Assembly (NCBI GenBank): GCA_964057225.1
Contig: CAXKVF010000073.1
Coordinates: 806,001 to 870,000, forward strand
Source: Auanema rhodensis
Taxonomy: Eukaryota > Animalia > Nematoda
Reading direction: 5' to 3'
Length of the DNA: 64,000 nucleotides
The first letter of the stretch is position 1. Each line of letters begins with the position of its first letter. Shown piece by piece: positions 55,201 to 64,000 of this stretch. The notes under the pieces are model-generated. The model worked only from the letters and a program-made list of their open reading frames with translations. It ran no database searches and had not been told where the DNA came from. A program made the translations under genes and the position numbers.

Positions 55201-58200
55201 TAAATTAAAGTTCACGTAAATTTCAAAGTCATGGTTACCATGCACCAATATCAATAAAAATTTGTTTTTAAACTAATATGGACATGGGGAATCTAATTTT
55301 GAAAACCGCATCTCTTTATCTTTCACGTGAAGCGAGTTACATACCAAGTGCACATCACGTGTACATTTAATTAGCATAAATTAAAGTTCACGTAAATTTC
55401 AAAGTCATGGTTACCATGCACCAATATCGATAAAAATTTGTTTTTAGACTAATATGGACATGGGAAATCTAATTTTGAAAACCGCATCTCTTTATCTTTC
55501 ACGTGAAGCGAGTTACATACCAAGTGCACATCACGTGTACATTTAATTAGCATAAATTAAAGTTCACGTAAATTTCAAAGTCATGGTTACCATGAACCAA
55601 TATCAATAAAAATTTGTTTTTAGACTAATATGGACATGGGGAATCTAATTTTGAAAACCGCATCTCTTTATCTTTCACTTGAAGCGAGTTACATACCAAG
55701 TGCACATCACGTGTACATTTAATTAGCATAAATTAAAGTTCACGTAAATTTCAAAGTCATGGTTACCATGCACCAATATCAATAAAAATTTGTTTTTAAA
55801 CTAATATGGACATGGGGAATCTAATTTTGAAAACCGAATCTCTTTATCTTTCACGTGAAGCGAGTTACATACCAAGGGCACATCACGTGTACATTTAATT
55901 AGCATAAATTAAAGTTCACGTAAATTTCAAAGTCATGGTTACCATGCACCAATATCAATAAAAATTTGTTTTTAGACTAATATGGACATGGGGAATCTAA
56001 TTTTGAAAACCGAATCTCTTTATCTTTCACGTGAAGCGAGTTACATACCAAGGGCACATCACGTGTACATTTAATTAGCATAAATTAAAGTTCACGTAAA
56101 TTTCAAAGTCATGGTTACCATGAACCAATATCAATAAAAATTTGTTTTTAGACTAATATGGACATGGGGAATCTAATTTTGAAAACCGCATCTCTTTATC
56201 TTTCACGTGAAGCGAGTTACATACCAAGTGCACATCACGTATACATTTAATTAGCATAAATTAAAGTTCACGTAAATTTCAAAGTCATGGTTACCATGCA
56301 CCAATATCAATAAAAATTTGTTTTTAGACTAATATGGACATGGGGAATCTAATTTTGAAAACCGCATCTCTTTATCTTTCACGTGAAGCGAGCTACATAC
56401 TAAGTGCACATCACGTGTACATTTAATTAGCATAAATTAAAGTTCACGTAAATTTCAAAGTCATGGTTACCATGAACCAATATCAATAAAAATTTGTTTT
56501 TAGACTAATATGGACATGGGGAATCTAATTTTGAAAACCGCATCTCTTTATCTTTCACGTGAAGCGAGTTACATACCAAGTGCACATCACGTGTACATTT
56601 AATTAGCATAAATTAAAGTTCACGTAAATTTCAAAGTCATGGTTACCATGCACCAATATCAATAAAAATTTGTTTTTAGACTAATATGGACATGGGGAAT
56701 CTAATTTTGAAAACCGCATCTCTTTATCTTTCACGTGAAGCGAGTTACATACCAAGTGCACATCACGTGTACATTTAATTAGCATAAATTAAAGTTCACG
56801 TAAATTTCAAAGTCATGGTTACCATGAACCAATATCAATAAAAATTTGTTTTTCGACTAATATGGACATGGGGAATCTAATTTTGAAAACCGCATCTCTT
56901 TATCTTTCACGTGAAGCGAGTTACATACCAAGTGCACATCACGTGTACATTTAATTAGCATAAATTAAAGTTCACGTAAATTTCAAAGTCATGGTTACCA
57001 TGCACCAATATCAATAAAAATTTGTTTTTAAACTAATATGGACATGGGGAATCTAATTTTGAAAACCGCATCTCTTTATCTTTCACGTGAAGCGAGTTAC
57101 ATACCAAGTGCACATCACGTGTACATTTAATTAGCATAAATTAAAGTTCACGTAACTTTCAAAGTCATGGTTACCATGCACCAATATCAATAAAAATTTG
57201 TTTTTAGACTAATATGGACATGGGGAATCTAATTTTGAAAACCGCATCTCTTTATCTTTCACGTGAAGCGAGCTACATACTAAGTGCACATCACGTGTAC
57301 ATTTAATTAGCATAAATTAAAGTTCACGTAAATTTCAAAGTCATGGTTACCATGAACCAATATCAATAAAAATTTGTTTTTAGACTAATATGGACATGGG
57401 GAATCTAATTTTGAAAACCGCATCTCTTTATCTTTCACGTGAAGCGAGTTACATACCAAGTGCACATCACGTGTACATTTAATTAGCATAAATTAAAGTT
57501 CACGTAAATTTCAAAGTCATGGTTACCATGCACCAATATCAATAAAAATTTGTTTTTAAACTAATATGGACATGGGGAATCTAATTTTGAAAACCGCATC
57601 TCTTTATCTTTCACGTGAAGCGAGTTACATACCAAGTGCACATCACGTGTACATTTAATTAGCATAAATTAAAGTTCACGTAAATTTCAAAGTCATGGTT
57701 ACCATGCACCAATATCGATAAAAATTTGTTTTTAGACTAATATGGACATGGGAAATCTAATTTTGAAAACCGCATCTCTTTATCTTTCACGTGAAGCGAG
57801 TTACATACCAAGTGCACATCACGTGTACATTTAATTAGCATAAATTAAAGTTCACGTAAATTTCAAAGTCATGGTTACCATGAACCAATATCAATAAAAA
57901 TTTGTTTTTAGACTAATATGGACATGGGGAATCTAATTTTGAAAACCGCATCTCTTTATCTTTCACTTGAAGCGAGTTACATACCAAGTGCACATCACGT
58001 GTACATTTAATTAGCATAAATTAAAGTTCACGTAAATTTCAAAGTCATGGTTACCATGCACCAATATCAATAAAAATTTGTTTTTAAACTAATATGGACA
58101 TGGGGAATCTAATTTTGGAAACCGCATCTCTTTATCTTTCACGTGAAGCGAGTTACATACCAAGTGCACATCACGTGTACATTTAATTAGCATAAATTAA

Positions 58201-59137
58201 AGTTCACGTAAATTTCAAAGTCATGGTTACCATGCACCAATATCAATAAAAATTTGTTTTTAGACTAATATGGACATGGGGAATCTAATTTTGAAAACCG
58301 AATCTCTTTATCTTTCACGTGAAGCGAGTTACATACCAAGGGCACATCACGTGTACATTTAATTAGCATAAATTAAAGTTCACGTAAATTTCAAAGTCAT
58401 GGTTACCATGAACCAATATCAATAAAAATTTGTTTTTAGACTAATATGGACATGGGGAATCTAATTTTGAAAACCGCATCTCTTTATCTTTCACGTGAAG
58501 CGAGTTACATACCAAGTGCACATCACGTATACATTTAATTAGCATAAATTAAAGTTCACGTAAATTTCAAAGTCATGGTTACCATGCACCAATATCAATA
58601 AAAATTTGTTTTTAGACTAATATGGACATGGGGAATCTAATTTTGAAAACCGCATCTCTTTATCTTTCACGTGAAGCGAGCTACATACTAAGTGCACATC
58701 ACGTGTACATTTAATTAGCATAAATTAAAGTTCACGTAAATTTCAAAGTCATGGTTACCATGAACCAATATCAATAAAAATTTGTTTTTAGACTAATATG
58801 GACATGGGGAATCTAATTTTGAAAACCGCATCTCTTTATCTTTCACGTGAAGCGAGTTACATACCAAGTGCACATCACGTGTACATTTAATTAGCATAAA
58901 TTAAAGTTCACGTAAATTTCAAAGTCATGGTTACCATGCACCAATATCAATAAAAATTTGTTTTTAGACTAATATGGACATGGGGAATCTAATTTTGAAA
59001 ACCGCATCTCTTTATCTTTCACGTGAAGCGAGTTACATACCAAGTGCACATCACGTGTACATTTAATTAGCATAAATTAAAGTTCACGTAAATTTCAAAG
59101 TCATGGTTACCATGCACCAATATCAATAAAAATTTGT
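52274..59137 (+). repeat. 13-monomer (2288-bp) higher-order repeat, three tandem copies starting at 52274, 54562 and 56850
   Basis: The unit is [5C][6A,131C][72C,80T][C][6A,164G][24A][62T][6A,37G][44A,84G][96A][72C,80T][C][A]. 5C lies at 52278, 54566 and 56854. Confidence 0.88.
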
Positions 59138-61425
59138 TTTTAAACTAATATGGACATGGGGAATCTAATTTTGAAAACCGCATCTCTTTATCTTTCACGT
59201 GAAGCGAGTTACATACCAAGTGCACATCACGTGTACATTTAATTAGCATAAATTAAAGTTCACGTAACTTTCAAAGTCATGGTTACCATGCACCAATATC
59301 AATAAAAATTTGTTTTTAGACTAATATGGACATGGGGAATCTAATTTTGAAAACCGCATCTCTTTATCTTTCACGTGAAGCGAGTTACATACCAAGTGCA
59401 CATCACGTGTACATTTAATTAGCATAAATTAAAGTTCACGTAAATTTCAAAGTCATGGTTACCATGAACCAATATCAATAAAAATTTGTTTTTAGACTAA
59501 TATGGACATGGGGAATCTAATTTTGAAAACCGCATCTCTTTATCTTTCACGTGAAGCGAGTTACATACCAAGTGCACATCACGTATACATTTAATTAGCA
59601 TAAATTAAAGTTCACGTAAATTTCAAAGTCATGGTTACCATGAACCAATATCAATAAAAATTTGTTTTTAGACTAATATGGACATGGGGAATCTAATTTT
59701 GAAAACCGCATCTCTTTATCTTTCACGTGAAGCGAGTTACATACCAAGTGCACATCACGTGTACATTTAATTAGCATAAATTAAAGTTCACGTAAATTTC
59801 AAAGTCATGGTTACCATGCACCAATATCAATAAAAATTTGTTTTTAGACTAATATGGACATGGGGAATCTAATTTTGAAAACCGCATCTCTTTATCTTTC
59901 ACGTGAAGCGAGTTACATACCAAGTGCACATCACGTGTACATTTAATTAGCATAAATTAAAGTTCACGTAAATTTCAAAGTCATGGTTACCATGCACCAA
60001 TATCAATAAAAATTTGTTTTTAGACTAATATGGACATGGGGAATCTAATTTTGAAAACCGCATCTCTTCATCTTTCACGTGAAGCGAGTTACATACCAAG
60101 TGCACATCACGTGTACATTTAATTAGCATAAATTAAAGTTCACGTAAATTTCAAAGTCATGGTTACCATGAACCAATATCAATAAAAATTTGTTTTTCGA
60201 CTAATATGGACATGGGGAATCTAATTTTGAAAACCGCATCTCTTTATCTTTCACGTGAAGCGAGTTACATACCAAGTGCACATCACGTGTACATTTAATT
60301 AGCATAAATTAAAGTTCACGTAAATTTCAAAGTCATGGTTACCATGCACCAATATCAATAAAAATTTGTTTTTAAACTAATATGGACATGGGGAATCTAA
60401 TTTTGAAAACCGCATCTCTTTATCTTTCACGTGAAGCGAGTTACATACCAAGTGCACATCACGTGTACATTTAATTAGCATAAATTAAAGTTCACGTAAC
60501 TTTCAAAGTCATGGTTACCATGCACCAATATCAATAAAAATTTGTTTTTAGACTAATATGGACATGGGGAATCTAATTTTGAAAACCGCATCTCTTTATC
60601 TTTCACGTGAAGCGAGCTACATACTAAGTGCACATCACGTGTACATTTAATTAGCATAAATTAAAGTTCACGTAAATTTCAAAGTCATGGTTACCATGAA
60701 CCAATATCAATAAAAATTTGTTTTTAGACTAATATGGACATGGGGAATCTAATTTTGAAAACCGCATCTCTTTATCTTTCACGTGAAGCGAGTTACATAC
60801 CAAGTGCACATCACGTGTACATTTAATTAGCATAAATTAAAGTTCACGTAAATTTCAAAGTCATGGTTACCATGCACCAATATCAATAAAAATTTGTTTT
60901 TAAACTAATATGGACATGGGGAATCTAATTTTGAAAACCGCATCTCTTTATCTTTCACGTGAAGCGAGTTACATACCAAGTGCACATCACGTGTACATTT
61001 AATTAGCATAAATTAAAGTTCACGTAAATTTCAAAGTCATGGTTACCATGCACCAATATCGATAAAAATTTGTTTTTAGACTAATATGGACATGGGAAAT
61101 CTAATTTTGAAAACCGCATCTCTTTATCTTTCACGTGAAGCGAGTTACATACCAAGTGCACATCACGTGTACATTTAATTAGCATAAATTAAAGTTCACG
61201 TAAATTTCAAAGTCATGGTTACCATGAACCAATATCAATAAAAATTTGTTTTTAGACTAATATGGACATGGGGAATCTAATTTTGAAAACCGCATCTCTT
61301 TATCTTTCACTTGAAGCGAGTTACATACCAAGTGCACATCACGTGTACATTTAATTAGCATAAATTAAAGTTCACGTAAATTTCAAAGTCATGGTTACCA
61401 TGCACCAATATCAATAAAAATTTGT
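58610..61425 (+). repeat. 16-monomer block identical in variant pattern to 50690-53505 (offset 45 monomers, 7920 bp)
   Basis: All markers and all 154 A/C states match monomer for monomer between the two blocks. Confidence 0.82.
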
Positions 61426-64000
61426 TTTTAAACTAATATGGACATGGGGAATCTAATTTTGAAAACCGCATCTCTTTATCTTTCACGTGAAGCGAGCTAC
61501 ATACTAAGTGCACATCACGTGTACATTTAATTAGCATAAATTAAAGTTCACGTAAATTTCAAAGTCATGGTTACCATGCACCAATATCAATAAAAATTTG
61601 TTTTTAAACTAATATGGACATGGGGAATCTAATTTTGGAAACCGCATCTCTTTATCTTTCACGTGAAGCGAGTTACATACCAAGTGCACATCACGTGTAC
61701 ATTTAATTAGCATAAATTAAAGTTCACGTAAATTTCAAAGTCATGGTTACCATGCACCAATATCAATAAAAATTTGTTTTTAGACTAATATGGACATGGG
61801 GAATCTAATTTTGAAAACCGAATCTCTTTATCTTTCACGTGAAGCGAGTTACATACCAAGGGCACATCACGTGTACATTTAATTAGCATAAATTAAAGTT
61901 CACGTAAATTTCAAAGTCATGGTTACCATGAACCAATATCAATAAAAATTTGTTTTTAGACTAATATGGACATGGGGAATCTAATTTTGAAAACCGCATC
62001 TCTTTATCTTTCACGTGAAGCGAGTTACATACCAAGTGCACATCACGTATACATTTAATTAGCATAAATTAAAGTTCACGTAAATTTCAAAGTCATGGTT
62101 ACCATGAACCAATATCAATAAAAATTTGTTTTTAGACTAATATGGACATGGGGAATCTAATTTTGAAAACCGCATCTCTTTATCTTTCACGTGAAGCGAG
62201 TTACATACCAAGTGCACATCACGTGTACATTTAATTAGCATAAATTAAAGTTCACGTAAATTTCAAAGTCATGGTTACCATGCACCAATATCAATAAAAA
62301 TTTGTTTTTAGACTAATATGGACATGGGGAATCTAATTTTGAAAACCGCATCTCTTTATCTTTCACGTGAAGCGAGTTACATACCAAGTGCACATCACGT
62401 GTACATTTAATTAGCATAAATTAAAGTTCACGTAAATTTCAAAGTCATGGTTACCATGCACCAATATCAATAAAAATTTGTTTTTAGACTAATATGGACA
62501 TGGGGAATCTAATTTTGAAAACCGCATCTCTTCATCTTTCACGTGAAGCGAGTTACATACCAAGTGCACATCACGTGTACATTTAATTAGCATAAATTAA
62601 AGTTCACGTAAATTTCAAAGTCATGGTTACCATGAACCAATATCAATAAAAATTTGTTTTTCGACTAATATGGACATGGGGAATCTAATTTTGAAAACCG
62701 CATCTCTTTATCTTTCACGTGAAGCGAGTTACATACCAAGTGCACATCACGTGTACATTTAATTAGCATAAATTAAAGTTCACGTAAATTTCAAAGTCAT
62801 GGTTACCATGCACCAATATCAATAAAAATTTGTTTTTAAACTAATATGGACATGGGGAATCTAATTTTGAAAACCGCATCTCTTTATCTTTCACGTGAAG
62901 CGAGTTACATACCAAGTGCACATCACGTGTACATTTAATTAGCATAAATTAAAGTTCACGTAACTTTCAAAGTCATGGTTACCATGCACCAATATCAATA
63001 AAAATTTGTTTTTAGACTAATATGGACATGGGGAATCTAATTTTGAAAACCGCATCTCTTTATCTTTCACGTGAAGCGAGCTACATACTAAGTGCACATC
63101 ACGTGTACATTTAATTAGCATAAATTAAAGTTCACGTAAATTTCAAAGTCATGGTTACCATGAACCAATATCAATAAAAATTTGTTTTTAGACTAATATG
63201 GACATGGGGAATCTAATTTTGAAAACCGCATCTCTTTATCTTTCACGTGAAGCGAGTTACATACCAAGTGCACATCACGTGTACATTTAATTAGCATAAA
63301 TTAAAGTTCACGTAAATTTCAAAGTCATGGTTACCATGCACCAATATCAATAAAAATTTGTTTTTAGACTAATATGGACATGGGGAATCTAATTTTGAAA
63401 ACCGCATCTCTTTATCTTTCACGTGAAGCGAGTTACATACCAAGTGCACATCACGTGTACATTTAATTAGCATAAATTAAAGTTCACGTAAATTTCAAAG
63501 TCATGGTTACCATGCACCAATATCAATAAAAATTTGTTTTTAAACTAATATGGACATGGGGAATCTAATTTTGAAAACCGCATCTCTTTATCTTTCACGT
63601 GAAGCGAGTTACATACCAAGTGCACATCACGTGTACATTTAATTAGCATAAATTAAAGTTCACGTAAATTTCAAAGTCATGGTTACCATGAACCAATATC
63701 AATAAAAATTTGTTTTTAAACTAATATGGACATGGGGAATCTAATTTTGTAAACCGCATCTCTTTATCTTTCACGTGAAGCGAGTTACATACCAAGTGCA
63801 CATCACGTGTACATTTAATTAGCATAAATTAAAGTTCACGTAAATTTCAAAGTCATGGTTACCATGAACCAATATCAATAAAAATTTGTTTTTAGACTAA
63901 TATGGACATGGGGAATCTAATTTTGAAAACCGCATCTCTTTATCTTTCACGTGAAGCGAGTTACATACCAAGTGCCCATCACGTGTACATTTAATTAGCA

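Larger units (their letters stand above)
1..64000. repeat. 176-bp tandem satellite array (~363.6 head-to-tail monomers, ~98-100% identity to consensus), probable centromeric/pericentromeric satellite; extends beyond both window edges
   Basis: 'agactaatat' recurs at 5, 181, 357 and onward (period 176). Line phase repeats every 2640 bp (15x176): 1 and 2641, then 5281...63361 with a constant +1 offset after ~2821. No non-satellite sequence was seen. GC is 56-57/176 (~32%). The centromeric role is inferred only. Confidence 0.99.

Noticed and set aside
154-63867. A/C string at position 154 as a fixed periodic dimer/trimer HOR or an information-bearing code
   Set aside because: No constant period holds across the window. 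The pattern is accounted for by the local block duplications.
1-64000. CRISPR array or other repeat-spacer system
   Set aside because: The whole 176-bp unit is repeated. There are no unique spacers, no leader and no cas genes.
1-64000. Embedded transposon, strand switch, telomeric repeat or G-quadruplex
   Set aside because: The phase is continuous throughout, leaving no room for insertions or large inversions. There are no telomere-type repeats and only one G4 run per 176 bp.

Overview
The whole 64-kb window is one uninterrupted, head-to-tail tandem array of a 176-bp AT-rich (~68% AT) satellite, about 363.6 copies in a single orientation. I see no genes, RNA genes, transposon insertions or large inversions. 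Consensus (phase = window position 1): ttttagactaatatggacatggggaatctaattttgaaaaccgcatctctttatctttcacgtgaagcgagttacataccaagtgcacatcacgtgtacatttaattagcataaattaaagttcacgtaaatttcaaagtcatggttaccatg(a/c)accaatatcaataaaaatttgt. Monomers differ from the consensus by only about 0-4 substitutions, and I found one net indel (+T at ~2816-2821). Nucleosome-scale monomer length, high homogeneity and local higher-order repeats (HORs) fit the core of a eukaryotic centromeric or pericentromeric satellite. That is an inference, and I cannot assign the family or organism. The informative signal is in the variant 'barcode'. It shows about six successive variant domains, nested block duplications (3-, 6-, 8-, 9-, 13-, 15-, 16- and 17-mers), sub-monomer gene-conversion tracts, an array-wide A/C dimorphism at the edge of a 13/15-bp palindrome, palindrome-perfecting mutations, and a local cluster of CpG transitions at 40.5-46.5 kb. 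The two 60-aa ORFs are by-products of one stop-removing SNP. All variant calls were read by eye and should be confirmed computationally.
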